A stretch of DNA of 64,000 nt. Source: Vicugna vicugna (taxonomy: Eukaryota). The translations under genes and the position numbers were made by a program. Shown here one piece after another: positions 1 to 13,835 of this stretch. Location of the stretch: positions 744,001 to 808,000 of the forward strand of contig MU063828.1 in the NCBI GenBank assembly GCA_013265495.1. Direction: 5' to 3'. Every line of letters starts with the position of its first letter. The stretch's first letter is position 1. A model generated the notes under the pieces. The model saw only the letters and a list, made by a program, of their open reading frames with translations, was not told the DNA's origin and made no database searches.

Positions 1-593
1 ACAGGCCCTGGGCAGTGGACCCCTGTGACCTGCAGTGAGCTCCACCTGAGCCCCGCTCAGACTTCGTTTTGGGGCCCCTCCATGCTGCTCTCTGTCTTTC
101 CTATTCATGTCTCCTCCTAGCACAATCCTTAGTCCTGACCTCAGACCTCTTTCTAGGCAGAAGCCCAACTTAAGCCCTGTTCTCCGCACCAAGCCTGGCC
201 CCTTTGTCCATCCAGCTTCACCCAGCCGAGGTGCTTCCACGGGGTAGTGGGCAGGTGTGTGAAAGTCCAGAACTGAGAGAGGAGCAACTCACTGTCCCCC
301 CACCCTACTTGCCACCTGTGTCCAGCCACCACCAGAAAACCTGGGGCACAGACAGAGAAGCTATGCGTTGTCTTTTTATTATTTTAGCATCTTTCTTGGG
401 AATCTTCAATAAGATAAGAGCAACATGGATCATCTTAAGTTAGTCTGGTGATCCAAGGTTAAGGCACTCTTTCTCCCAAAATGCCTTAACTCTTCAGGAT
501 GGTTGAGGAACTTTATGCTTGCCATAGTCACTCATAAATTAGCCCTTGGCAGATACACAAAGATCTGTTTTTTGCTGCAAATAGGCTGTAAGA

Positions 594-1140
594 TTTTTTT
601 AAATTTTTTATTGTATTTTAAATTCAGTGTAGATTCATAGGAAGTTGCAAAAATAATACAGAGTCCCCAAGCAGCTTTCACTTGATTTCTCCCAATGGTT
701 CCATCTTGTATAACTAAAGTACAATTTCAAAACCAGGAAACTGACATTGGTACAATTTGTATGCATAGTTCTTTGTCATTTTATCACACGTGCAGATTCT
801 TGTAACCCCCACCACGATCAATCGACGTACACAATTTGATCACCACAGTCATGGTCATGCTCAGCAGCATCAATCACCCCTTGTCAACCTTGACCCCTGG
901 CAACCACTGATCTGTTTTTCATCTCTAGCATTTTGTCATTTAGAGGATATTCTGTAAGTGGAGTCACAGAGTATGTGACCTTTGAAGATAGGCCTTTTTT
1001 ACCCAGAATAATGCCTTGAGATCATCCAAGTTGTATCCGTAGCGTGCTCTTTTGTTGCTGACTGGTATCACATACCAGAGTTGGTTAAACCATCCTGTTG
1101 AGGGAAACTTGGTTGTTCCTAGTTTGGGGCCATTACAAAC
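594..1140 (-). mobile_element. Ancient L1 (L1MB/MC-like) 3' fragment
   Basis: Poly-T head followed by a recognisable L1M 3' UTR (aggaagttgcaaaaataatacagag...aaccaggaaactgacattggtacaat). Confidence 0.7.
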
Positions 1141-1720
1141 AAAGCAGACTATTTACATTTAACAAATTTCTAAGGTGTTAGCACATCAGTCTGGCCATTA
1201 TATATTTTTTTGTTTCCTATTTTTCCCTCTGTTGTTCATTTCTCTTTTTCCTGCCTACCTTTGCATTACTGAAAGATTCGATAAAATTCTACTTTGATTT
1301 ATGTAGTTTTTTTTTTATTTGAGGTTTTTTTGGTATGACTTCCTGGTATAAATTTTAGTTGCTTGAGGTATCATGTTATACACACATAACTTATCAGAGG
1401 CAACTGGGGTTGGGATTTTACCAGTTCAAGTTAAGCGTAAAAGCATATGTCTTTTAAGTCTTAAAGCCTTCTTTTAAATCTTCAGTTGTCTGTCATTTAT
1501 ATCTATCGTTGTCGTAAGCATTTCCTCTATACACATTAAAAAAAAATCACACATCAAGTATTTCCCAAAGTCATTTTTGCACACAGATCATCAAAAAAGG
1601 CAAAGTGAATTTAAGAAGCAATTCAATGGCTTGGCCGGCACCAGAGAGCCTGGCTTCCAGAATGTTCCCCATGACACTCTCTTTCTTCTCCTAACTGAGC
1701 GCTTTTCTTCGTCAGAGTTG

Positions 1721-1726
1721 TTTATT
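1721..1726 (-). terminator. LRRC18 polyadenylation signal AATAAA (spliced isoform)
   Basis: tttatt on the + strand, about 43 nt downstream of the TAG of the terminal exon. Confidence 0.6.
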
Positions 1727-1768
1727 CTTCTTAGCTGATTAGTCTTCAAGTTTTTGTCATAAGCTACT

Positions 1769-1790
1769 CTAGGGAGATGTTGAGCGAATC
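1769..1790 (-). CDS. LRRC18: LRRC18 terminal coding exon (R)-IRSTSP-stop
   Basis: Minus-strand acceptor ccttttgtgtctccatccccAG|G ATT CGC TCA ACA TCT CCC TAG. The phase matches the donor at 4964, and 764+22 nt = 261 aa plus stop. It resembles the human C-terminus WRIRLTSS (recalled). Confidence 0.85.
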
Positions 1791-3049
1791 CTGGGGATGG
1801 AGACACAAAAGGCCAAGGTGATTACTCCATGTCACGGGGTGAAACACAGCTAGGGAGAGGTCACACAGGGGTCACCTAGGTCATGCCTGACTCTCAGAGA
1901 GGTGGTGACTGGGTGAGCGTGGAAAGGACTTTTGTTCTATTTGAGGAAAGAGAAACCCCATGGTGTTCCTATCAAGTGTCTGGGGGCCTAATATGCTCTC
2001 CAGGAAGTAAAGGTGACTGGGGTCTTTTAGAGCATGAGGGACCATCAACACGAATCCTTCCCTTGACAGAAAAAGGAATAAACTATAGAAGATGCCTTCT
2101 CTTAACGAGCTCCGTGTCTCGTCTTTGCTTCATCCTACTGCCAAAGTTTCCTGACAAATGAGGGGTCTAAGGTGAATGCATCCTGGGGCAAATCAAAGCC
2201 CCCGCCTGTTAACTTCTCAAGCCTGGTGAGGTTCAGTGCGCTTAAAATCTCTCTCTAAGACATAGCTGCAGGCGTGAAAGCCCAGCAAAGCACCTAGAGA
2301 TGAAGGATGGCAAAACCCGTCATCGTGCACGCCACCCACTCCGCCGGCAGGAAATCCAGGAGAAGCGCTGGGCAGAGATTTTGAGGACCACGTGCAGTAA
2401 GGGAAGCTGCTGCGATGGAGCCGGAGAGGGAGTAGAAGGGCCAACCTGTGGGCCAGACCAAGACCCCTTGTGGAGGCGCACGGAGATCTTTTTCCTTAAC
2501 TCCTGCTCTTCGCTGATCCTTCTTAATGACTAAGAAGGGAACATTAATTCTAAAGAAAAAGTGTCTCAAGGGAACAGAATGGAAATGGACAGGATCCAAA
2601 TAACTAGCCACGATTCTGTTTGGAATGAATGCCCCTGTGCCCCTTGGGTCAGAGATGAAGTAGCTAAAATATAGCAGGATGGCTCCCCTGGAGACATGCT
2701 CAAGGCCCAGCACTCCCGTGGGGACTCCTGAGCCTCAGGCATGGCATCTCATCATGCACTTCACAGACACGGGTCCTCTATTCCTCTACAGACGGGCTTC
2801 TAAGAAATCATTCTGGTCATTAAATGAAGGGGAAATTGTAAAGAATGACATTCAGTGCTCACAAGGACATAATGAAATGGGTTCTCTAATATATTCCTGG
2901 TAGATATATAAATGGGTATAAACTTTTTATAAGCCACTTGATAGCGCATATCAAAAGTTATTTTAAAAACACATCCTTTAACACAGTATTTGCGATAATG
3001 AAGCTCTACCAGAAAATAATGCAAAATATTTTAAAAGTCTTAACCATTC

Positions 3050-3370
3050 AGGCTTCATCACAAAACAATTTCTGTTAGTGAAAAACTGGGAACAACTTGA
3101 AAACCCAACAGTAACTTATAGTAACGTATATTCATGCTAAACTATCTCGCAGATGTTTTAAATTATGGTTACTAAGATGGTGTAAACACGTGGGTTTGAA
3201 AGCAGGATAAAAATGACACGAATGCTATTATTCTAACTATGTATAAAAATATACACAGAAAAATAACTCGTAGGGAAATCTGTCAATATTACAGCTGGCT
3301 TATCCTGTAGAATTGTAAGCTGCTATATTTAAAACAATATATGGTTTTGTTCCTTTTATAATAAATAGAA
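3050..3370 (+). mobile_element. Degraded L1ME-like 3' fragment
   Basis: gtgaaaaactgggaacaacttgaaaacccaacag and downstream L1ME-type motifs. Confidence 0.4.
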
Positions 3371-3914
3371 AACATTTAATAAGGAGGAAAGCTGAAAAGG
3401 GAATTTTGAATCTATATCTTCAAAGATTTTAGAAATATGATAGAGTCGTCACAGCTAAGCATTACCACGGAAAAGCAGCAGTGAGGAGGGAAAAAATGAA
3501 GCACGCTGTCTGCTACGGTTTATAACATGAAAAAGAAATATGTTAGTTACACTGAACTAATGAATATCCGTCTCTTGGTGCATTTCCATTAACTACTACA
3601 AAACTTGCCACCAACACAGGAAAGCCTTGATTTAAGCAACAAAGCAAAACTATTCTAACACTGTCTTCCTTGATCCGTTTCTTTTAGGCAGTATGAAGGC
3701 GTGAGTGAGTGGTCCAGAGAAGGTCCTCAGCTATTGTGAGGATTGACTCTACCTCTGTCATTTCTGCCAACAGCTCTAGAGGGACTAGGGACACTGTCAA
3801 AGTGGAATTTCAGCTTTGAGTTGCGCCAAGCTCCAGTTCTTAGAGAGAACTGACTTCTACCAAGTACTCCTGCTCTGAGCATCTGCTGGAGACCCACAGC
3901 AACCCTTAGAGTTG

Positions 3915-4052
3915 GGCTGGTGTTATTTCCACTTTACAGATGAAGGAACCAAAGCTGAGCAGAATGCCCAGGAGATGGATGGCAAGGAAGAGGCAGAGCT
4001 GTCCCAGGCCAGATGTGTCCAACTCCAGAATCTTTGGCTTTTTCTCTATACT
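3915..4052 (-). mobile_element. MIR SINE
   Basis: ccactttacagatgaaggaaccaaagct core. Confidence 0.6.
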
Positions 4053-4220
4053 GTTAGGCCAGCCCTGCACACTGTTAGGCTCTGATCGCCTAACTTCCTC
4101 AAACAATGACATCACGCCCTGTCTTCTTTCATCTCATCTTCCCCACAGGTTGCACAGGGCAAGGCAAGCTTTCCCCCATTGGACACAGTCCCTGCTCCCA
4201 GCACAGTGCCTCACAAGGTA

Positions 4221-4226
4221 TTTATT
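4221..4226 (-). terminator. Candidate intronic AATAAA for the unspliced 255-aa LRRC18 form
   Basis: tttatt on the + strand, about 735 nt past the TGA at 4960. Motif only. Confidence 0.3.
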
Positions 4227-4962
4227 TACTGACTGCACCAACCCCTATGTGCACACATTCTTTCCTTACTCCACAAAGGTCTGCAAAAGCGTTGGACGTA
4301 ATAAGATGGGAGTGCAACCTCACTCTTTCACAGCCAGTCAAGGGCTGGCAGGTTTAGGCTAAAAAGCTCCTAGAGCAAATTATGCAAGTGCAGATAAGAG
4401 AAAAGGATAGGACTGCTTTAAGCCCAAGATGTTAATGCCAGTACTTAGCGACAATATCTGCCCATCACTGTGGCCCAGTTTTGTCCCCTTCCCAAGACGA
4501 AATGTCCATCAGCCCTCCTACCAACCCATCCTCTGAGATTCCTGACTTTTGAAGCCCTGATCCAAAGCATTCCTATAGAACAGGCTCCCCATTTGGGAGC
4601 TGGCAGTGGTCCTGAAATGGGTGATAATGAGGTTAAGAGTATGCTCGTGTGAGCTGCCCGCGCCGTGGGCTGTAGGCAGAGTTCTGGGGTGGAAGTGAGA
4701 TGGACGGCCCTTTCCTGACTCATTGTGCCTGTACATGTGGGTGTGTGAATGCAGAGACAGAAATGTATGGAATGGCAAAGAACTAAAAGCCTTTCAATCA
4801 ACAAAATCACAAGCCAAGGAGGTCAGGAAAGGTATTTTATGGGCTTGGCTGGAGGAGCTATTGCAGTGATGAAAGACTCCCTCAGTTTTCTGAGGGTGCC
4901 CCCACTGCCATCTTCCCTCCCTCCTATTTCCGTTCCTGCCTTGGGGTCAGGGTCCCAGGTCA

Positions 4963-5733
<771 letters not shown>

Positions 5734-5825
5734 TTAGTTAAGGGAGTGTGTTTGAAGTAGATAGTTCTGATTGATTGGTGATCAGTTTGAGGAAAAAAGT
5801 CATATGAAACTGCTAGAAGGTACAC

Positions 5826-5850
5826 TCTGGTAAGAAAAGAAAAAATATCT
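5826..5850 (-). promoter_or_regulatory. Candidate splice acceptor opening the LRRC18 main exon (implies upstream non-coding exons)
   Basis: Minus strand reads agatattttttcttttcttaccAG|agtgta (AG at 5828-5827). The exon would start 99 nt upstream of the ATG. Confidence 0.55.
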
Positions 5851-6659
5851 AGTTAGGAGAGGACATGAGGGTATAGGCTCCCCCTAAATCTTAATGCTTC
5901 ACTCTCTCATGGTTGAAAAGGAGATCGAGAGGAAAGTGGAGAAAAATTAGGCCATGAGCAGAAGTAGCCTAGCCAAAGAGCGTTAGCAAACCGAATGCCC
6001 GCTTCACACTTCAGTGCTCCCAGATGTAAAATGGGAGGTCCAGGGTTGGCCTGAAGGATGCTTACCACCCCTCTGGCTACGCCAGTCCCCAACTACAATC
6101 CGTTGTCCTGGACTTTGACATATTTCCCCTCCTGGGGACATGTGTTTTCGTGTGTGTTGGGGTGGGGGCGGCCTTGGATAGCTGCCATTTCCCAGATCGC
6201 TACTTAAATCTAGTCTTTTCTCAGAGTTATCTCATGAGTTCCTAGGGTGGGAATGGTTGAGGTCTCAGAAGCAACGCAGCCTGGAGATGAGGGAACAAGA
6301 CGGGAGTTAAGAATGACACGTGTGTTACCTCCCTCTTCACCATCTGGAATTAGTCAGGCCTTGGTTCCTATGACTGCATTGCAATAAAAGCAACACAGAG
6401 AGGTCTTTGGCTCGACCCACCAGCAGAAGGATGTACCGCTGTGCCCATGAGCACGGACGGGGCCAGCGTGGAGCCTGGCGGAACCAAAACGAGAATGCTG
6501 CCTTTTTCCACCTCCTACCCCCTTACCTCCCTCCCCTCACATCCTTCACACTGAAATTCAGCTGTGGACACCTCTGCACCTATAGGTGTGATAACAGGAC
6601 TGCTGCCATCGGAGAAGGAGAACGTACAGAGTGATGGGTGGATTCTGGCCTCAAATGCT

Positions 6660-6960
6660 TGCTTAGAATCCAGTTCTTCCCCAATTGTCTTACATATTCA
6701 GTGCCTCAGTTTCCTCATTTGTGAAAACAGCCCCCCATTAGGACTCTTTGGGAATGTAAATTATCTAAACTACAAAATGTTTACAGCAGTGCCTGGCACG
6801 TAGTAAAACCCTAATTAACTATTAAATGTTATTATCAGGAACTTCGCACATACTGATTTTAATCCTCAACAGTCCATCAAGGTCCACAGGATTACCCCCA
6901 TTATTAAGAGAAGAAGACTGAGGCTCGGGAGTGAGGGAGGTCTACAGCTCGGAAGAGGAT
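6660..6960. mobile_element. Two opposed MIR fragments
   Basis: gcctcagtttcctcatttgtgaaa (+) followed by ttttaatcctc...gaagactgaggctcgg (-). Confidence 0.7.
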
Positions 6961-9673
6961 GCAACTGGCCTGCCTGTTCTCGAGGCTCTTTTCTTTTCTA
7001 CAACTTGGTGCTTCTTGCTTGCTGCTTTTCTATTTTGGACCAAGCTCCCACTCTGGACAGAAGCATGCTGTCAGGAGACAAATGCTAGAACTGCCTCCGT
7101 TCCCTGGCAGGCATGGGTGGGAGAGGGGCTCTGCAGTCTCTCCACTTCATCATCCAGGCCCTTTGTCAGGAACCACATTTCTGTCATACATACAGCGCCA
7201 GCAATCAGGCTGTGTGAGCCTAGCATCCCCTGTTTTCCTGGTACAGTAATCCTCAGTGTCAAAGGAAGTAGGCAAAAATGCCTCCCACGTGCTTATTATA
7301 AATCCCACTGTTGCCACTCCTAGCTGGAGGTCAGAGCTGCCCACCTTGTGCAAGTCCCGCTGGACCAGAGCCTCCGGAGCTGGGTGGGGGCCTCCGTGAT
7401 AACCCAGTGAGAGTCCTCTCAGCCCTCAGCAGCACTGACGTTCTCTGGAGCAGGCCTTGCAAGCTGAACCTGTTCTTCAGAAACAATGGGCCGACCGCAT
7501 TCAGGCGTAATTGGCTGGTTACCAAAGACAGTCCTGGCTTGACCAGTACTGAAGTGTGTGTATCATGCTACTGTGAGGAAGTGGATGGGATAAAGCAGTT
7601 TAAAAAGGAGAGCTGGGGTTTCAGTCACAGTTAAAATGCAGTATCACCCACTGAGTGCAGCTGAAGGTCCCGGACAGCGCGCGCGGAGCAGCTGGCACAC
7701 TGACATCTCTGAAGATAAAGGGTATCGGACAGACTGGAGGCATAACTCAAAGTAAGACCAGCTTTGAACCAATGACAACAGAATTCCAAGAAAAGCCTCT
7801 TTTACTGGCCAAGGTTGGGAAAGGGAACCTTTCAGGGTCAAAGAGAGTGAAGGAGATCTCCTGTTGTTTTTCTGTTTTTTCCATTCTCGCCTGCCTCAGC
7901 CCCAGGCAATCCTATCTCACTGGAGTCAGGCAGGCAGGCACCTAAAACTCTGCAGGAGAATAACAATTGTCTTTGACCAAATTGTCATCCCACGAGTGTA
8001 GAAGTTTGCTTTTTCCTCTCTGTCTCGCTGCCACTTGGTCCTGGAGGCAGAAACCATGGCAGGAAGTACACAGCAGGTTTAGAAAACAAGATTCCTGGAT
8101 TTCTAGCCAGAAGACCAAGGATGGGGCAGGGGGCAGCTCTTGGGAAACACGAAGCGTTGGGGAGATTGCAAAAAGAAGAGAGTTGAATAAAGTTGTGTGT
8201 GAACTCCTGGTCGCACCCTAAGCTGCCTATGAATAATGGATAAAATCCTGAACTGGGTCTTTAGTGCCTAATCCCAAACCCTGAACCCAAAGGCACTGTG
8301 AACTGAGCGAAGAGAGAGACCACTGTGCAGGTTCCAGCCTGGTGCCTGAGTAGCAACATGAAGGACTAGTTTGAAAAGCACTGTAAATTCTTTGAACACT
8401 GAATGGGACACTATAACCATAATCTACAGAAGCTACAGAAGGTTTGCCAGAACTCGTGACTTGTGACTGTCTGCTCAAAATATACATCTATCATTATCAA
8501 TATATGAATACATTCTATAAAAAGTAGAAGACAGAGAGCTGTGGTGCAGAAAAATATTTGAAGGAAAAATGAGTAAAAACTTCCAAAAGTTGGTGAGAGA
8601 CATAAAAATTACAGATTCAAGAAGCTCAGGGAATCCCAAACAGGATAAACTCAAAGAAGTCCACGTTCAGACATAATCAAACCACTCAAAATTAAAGAAA
8701 AAAACTAAAGAAAAAAAATTACACATTGCTTGCAGGGAACAGCAGTGTGAATGACTTCAGGTTTCTCACTAGAAACCATGGAGGTCAGAGGTACTGGAAA
8801 AATATTTTTAAAATAATGCTGAAAATACAGGACTGTCAGCCAGCAATCCTTTATGAATGAAGGCAAACGAGACATTCTCAGCTGAATGAAATATAAGAGG
8901 ATTTGCCACTAGCTGAGCTTTTATGAAAGAAATGCTAAAGGAAGTCTTTAGGTAAAAGAGAAACAATACTAAAGAGAAACTTGGACTTTGAGAATCAAGG
9001 GAGAGCAATGGAAATGATAGGTATCTGGAAAATATAATAGACTATTTTTCTCGTCTTATGATCTTTAAAATATGTGTGATAGTTGAAAGCAAACATTTTA
9101 ATGCTGTACATGTATGTAGACGGAGTGCAAATGACAACTACAACATAATGGGGGAAGTTAATGAGACCGATAGGTAGGTAAGATTTTTACACTGTTTTTG
9201 AAGTAGTAAAATATTAATTCTAAATAGTCTGTAGAGAGTTAAGGGTGTATATTTTAATCTCCAGAGTAATCAGAATGGATAATTATCAGGATGGATTATA
9301 AAAGAAAAAGGCCGAATTATATGCCATCTATAAGAAATCCACTCTAAGTAAACAAAAGTAAGTTAAACTAAGGGAATGGAAAAAGACATACTATGCAAAC
9401 ACTAAAGGGAAGCTGCAGTGACTTTACTAATAACAGACAAGGTATATTTCAGAGCATGAAAATTTACCTGAGATTAAGAATATCACAAGAGACACTTTAA
9501 CAAGAAGATACAAAAAGCCTAAATGTGTATGTACTTAACAATAGAGCTTTAATATAGATGAAGCAAAAAAATGACAAAATTTGAAGGAGAAATGGGCAAA
9601 TTCATAATTAAAGTTGGAGACAGCAATACTTCTCTCTCAAATCAATAGAAGTAGAGAGAAAATCAGCAAGGAA

Positions 9674-9917
9674 TGGGGTTTCTCAATCATGGCTCTGTTA
9701 ATATTTTGGGCCAGATAGTTCTTTGTTGTTGGCAGGAGTGGGGTGGTGATGGGAGGAAGGCCTGTCCTATGCGTTGTAGGATATTTAGCAGCAGAAAGCC
9801 AGAATATTCTACCCACTAAAAGCCAGTAGCTCTCCATTAGCTGAACAACCAATAATGCTTTTAAACATTGCCATCTGTCCACTGGGTAGCAAAATTGCCC
9901 CCACATGAGAACCACTG
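9674..9917 (-). mobile_element. MER20-like hAT-Charlie DNA transposon inserted in the L1
   Basis: Termini ggggtttctcaa...tgagaaccactg and internal ttttgggccagatagttctttgttg, matching the MER20 consensus as recalled. Confidence 0.85.
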
Positions 9918-10938
9918 ATGAAGAACTAAACATTACCATCAACCAACTAGATCCAATTGACATTTATAAAACACTCTACCCAGCACAGAATACACATTCT
10001 TTTCAAGTGCATATGTAATATTCACAAATATAGACCCTCTTCTTGGTCATAAAACAAATCTTAACAATTGAATTGAAATCATATACAGAGTGTTCTCTAA
10101 AAATAATGGAATTAAATTAGAAGACAATATTAGAACAATAACTAGAAAATCTCCATATAGTTAAAAAATTAACATATTCATAAATAAGCCTTGAGTCAAA
10201 TAAATCTCAAGGGAAATTAGAAAATATTTTGACCTGAACAAATACAAAAATGGAACATATTAAAACTTATGGTATGCAACTAAAGCAGCGATTAGAGGAA
10301 AATTTATAGCTTTAAATGTTCACATTAGGGACATTTAAAAAAGAAAGTTCTCAAATCAATAATATAAACTCCTACCTTAAATAAACTAGTAAAGAAGAGC
10401 AAAATAAACTAAAGCATGAACAGAGAGAAGATAATAAAGATGAGCAGAAGTCAATAAAATTGAAAGAATAAAGACAGTAGAGAAAAATCCATAAAATTAA
10501 AAGCTGGTTCTTTGAAAGGTTTAATAAAATTGATAAATCTCTAGCCAGGCTGACAATAAAAAAAGGAGAGAAGACATAAATGATGAATATCAGTAATTAA
10601 AGCAAGGATATGACTGAAAACCTATAGGCATTAAAAGTATAAGAGAATAGTACAACTTTAGAAAAAAACTTAGATGAAATCAACCACAAACTAAAGAATT
10701 TAACCCATGAAGAAAGAGACAACCCTTAAAGACCTATATTTATTAAAGAGACTGAATTCACAGTTGAAAATCTTCCCCCCAAAACCCCTCCGGGCTGAAA
10801 TGGTTTTACTGGCAAATTCTGCCAAATATTTAAAGATAAGAACACCAGTTTTATATAAACTTTTCCATAAGATAGAAGAGGGAGCAATTCTTAATGTATT
10901 TTCTGAGGCCAGCATTACCCTAATACTAAAATCACATA

Positions 10939-11088
10939 NNNNNNNNNNNNNNNNNNNNNNNNNNNNNNNNNNNNNNNNNNNNNNNNNNNNNNNNNNNNNN
11001 NNNNNNNNNNNNNNNNNNNNNNNNNNNNNNNNNNNNNNNNNNNNNNNNNNNNNNNNNNNNNNNNNNNNAGAAATGCAAGGTTGATTCA
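10939..11088. other. Assembly gap (150 N)
   Basis: N run inside the L1. Confidence 1.
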
Positions 11089-12322
11089 ATATTCAGAAAG
11101 CAACATAATACAGCACATTAACAGACTAAAAAGAAAAAATGTATCATTATATTAACTTATGCTGGAAAAAACACATATCAATACTATGTATTCATTCATG
11201 ACAAAAAGTCTCAGCAAACAAGTAGTAGAAAGGCTCTTCCTTAACCTGACAAACGGCTCCCAGAAAAAAAACAAAACAAAACCCTGTATTTAATACAATT
11301 GGTGACAGACTGAATGCTTTTCCCCCTAAGTTTGAGAATAATACAAGAAGGTTAATTCATTACTCCTATTAATATTACATTGGAAAGTCTAGTCAGTGCA
11401 ATAATGCAAGAAAAATAAAAGGAAAGAACGGACAGATAGGAAAGAATGAAATAAAACTGTTTCTACTCACAGTTGATCAAATTGTCCACATAGAGAATCC
11501 CGCTGAATTTAAAAGACGCTCTTAAAACTAGTGGGTTTAGCAAGGTTGCAGGCTACAAAGTTACACAAAAAACCCTCACTGAATTTCTATATACTATCAA
11601 TGAACTACTGGAAACTGAAATTTGAAAAATAATAATGCTCCGAAAAAATAAAACGTGTGTATTTCACATAACTGAAAAAAAGTGCAGGATTTCTGTGATG
11701 GAAATTAAAAAACACTGATGAAAGAAAGCAAAGAAGATCTAATAAGTGGAGAAACATACCATTCATGAGTTGAAAGACCTAATATAGTTAAGATGTCCAT
11801 TCATCCCAAATTAGGCTAAGGATCAATGTGATTCCAATAAAAATTCCAGCAGGATTACTTGTATATAGGAAAAAACAGATTCTAAAATTTATATTGAAAA
11901 GAAAAGGAACTAGAAACCCAAAACTATTTTGTAAAAGAAACAGAGTTGGAGATATCATGCATCTTGATTTTAAAACTTACCATGTCATTGTAACATGTGA
12001 TATTGGTGAAAGGATGTGATATACACACACACACACACACGCACGCATACTGATCTATATAGGTCAGTGATCATATATACTGATCTATATAGATCAGTGG
12101 AATTGAAAATTGAATCTAGAGCTAGATCCACATAAATATGGTCAAATGGTAAATTGTTTTTTGGCAAAAGCTCAGGAGAAATTCAATGGAGAAACACCAA
12201 ACTTTTCAACAAATGTGTTGGAACAATTGGTTACCCGTATGCAAAAAAGTTGACTCTCAACCTAATTAACTCAGATTAACTCAAAATGGGTCATAGATAT
12301 GTAAATTGTAAAATCACAGAAC

Positions 12323-12453
12323 TTTTTTTTGAAGCTTTTTGGGGGAGTGTGGGGATTAGATTTATTTATTTTTCAATGGAGGTATTGGGAATTGAACCCA
12401 GGACCTCGTGCATGCTAAGCATACACTCTACCACTGAGCTATGCCCACGCCCC
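12323..12453 (-). mobile_element. Camelid tRNA-derived SINE (Vic-1-like) inserted in the L1
   Basis: The reverse complement begins ggggcgtgggcatagctcagtggtagagtgtatgcttagcatgcacgaggtcctgggttcaattcccaatacctcc (A and B boxes) and ends in an A-rich tail. Confidence 0.85.
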
Positions 12454-13764
12454 AGAAAAACCCATAGACCTTTTAAAGGAAAACGTAGGAGAAAATATTC
12501 ATGACCTTGAATTAGGCAGAAGTGCGATTCATGAAAGAAAATATTGACAGATTGGACTCCAACAATATTTAAAATTTTTTGCTCTGTAAAAAAAATCAAA
12601 AACAAAACCAAAACCCATATTCAACCAAGTACTAGTATCCAGACTCTCTAAAGAACTCAAGGTCAACAGTAAGAAAGCAAACAATGTAATAAAAAAAAAT
12701 GCTCGAGATTTAATGAGACATTTCACCATAGAAGTTGTGTGGATGACTAATAAGCCCACAAAACCACAAAACATTGCTCCACATCATTAGTCACTAGGGA
12801 AAAGCAAATGAAAATCACAGTCAGATTACTAAAATACCTAAAACAGTTACTAAAATACCTAAAACAAAAAACAGGACATAAAATTCAATAGTACAAAGAT
12901 TTGGCGAGAATGTGGAGCAACTGGAATGCTTATATATTGTTGATGGGAATTCAGAAAGGTACAATCACCCTGAAAAACAGTTTGGCAACTTCTGATAAAA
13001 TTAATCATATACTTAATCATATGACCGAGCATTCTTCCATCTAGCTATTTACTCAAAAAAACCCCAAAACTATGTTCACACGAAAACTTGTGTTTATAGT
13101 TACTGTATTCACAGTTGCCAAAAACAGAAACAAAAAACCCAAAGGTCTTTCAGAGCGTGGATGAATGAGAAATGTTGGCTAATCCTTATAATGGAATACT
13201 CTCTAGCGTAAAGAGGACAAATCTATTGATACATGTAACAACTTGGATGCATCTCAAGAGCATTTTGCTGAGTAAAAGAAGCCAATCTTAATAGTCTACA
13301 TAATGAATGATTCCGTTTGCACACTTTGGAAAAGCCACAAGGAAAGGTACAAAAAAGAGGTGGGTGGTTGCCAGGGACTAGGGATGCAGAAGGTTTGACA
13401 ACAGTGCAGCAGCACAAGTGGGCTTTCTGGGGTGCTGCACCTGCCTGTACCCTGACTGTGGTGGTGCTTACGTGAGGCTGCACGTGTTAGAGCTCAGTCA
13501 ACTGTATACAAAAAAGGCAATTTTACTGTAGGTAAATTTACAGTTTTTTAAAAAACTTAAAAATATTTGGGACTCTGTATTCTATTTTTGGGTTTTTTTT
13601 TTGTTATTAAGTTGTATGAGCTGTTTACATATTCTGGAAGTTAAGCGTTTGTCAGTCACTAGATGACCTGTTATGATCAATTCATAGACTCCTCAGATGT
13701 CAATGTGTGACCAACCCACACAAGGGAAGCTGGCAATTACAGAGAGAGAGATAAAATAGATTTT

Positions 13765-13835
13765 AATCAGAAGGATGGATAGATAGATGAATAGACAGAT
13801 AGATGGCTGAACAGACAGACGGATGGATGGATCGA
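13765..13835. repeat. Imperfect GATA/GACA/GATG tetranucleotide repeat
   Basis: ggatggatagatagatgaatagacagatagatgg... Confidence 0.75.

Larger units (their letters stand above)
8530..13560 (+). mobile_element. Long degraded L1 (L1MC/MD-like): ORF1 3' part, ORF2 and 3' UTR; many stops and frameshifts
   Basis: A-rich strand with ORF1 remnants (gaagctcagggaatcccaaacaggataaac), endonuclease and RT remnants (...LKIFPPKPL...LFHKIEEG.IL...F.EASITLILK), and a 3' end ttttactgtaggtaaattta. Confidence 0.88.

Noticed and set aside
1591-1768. 58-aa LRRC18 extension (RVAYDKNLK...) via the AG of the stop codon as an alternative acceptor
   Set aside because: A stronger AG lies 22 nt upstream, the AATAAA at 1726-1721 would cut the ORF, and no homology is recognisable.
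4085-4105. Peptide DRLTSS resembling the human LRRC18 C-terminus
   Set aside because: It is on the wrong strand (+); the true terminal exon is at 1790-1769.
12380-12453. tRNA-like sequence with A and B boxes
   Set aside because: It is the head of a SINE with an A-rich tail inserted in an L1, with no intact cloverleaf acceptor stem, so it is not a tRNA gene.
12826-12866. 20-bp tandem duplication ttactaaaatacctaaaaca
   Set aside because: An ordinary slippage duplication inside a dead L1.
8530-13560. Active L1 or domesticated RT gene
   Set aside because: ORF2 is broken by many stops, frameshifts and nested insertions.
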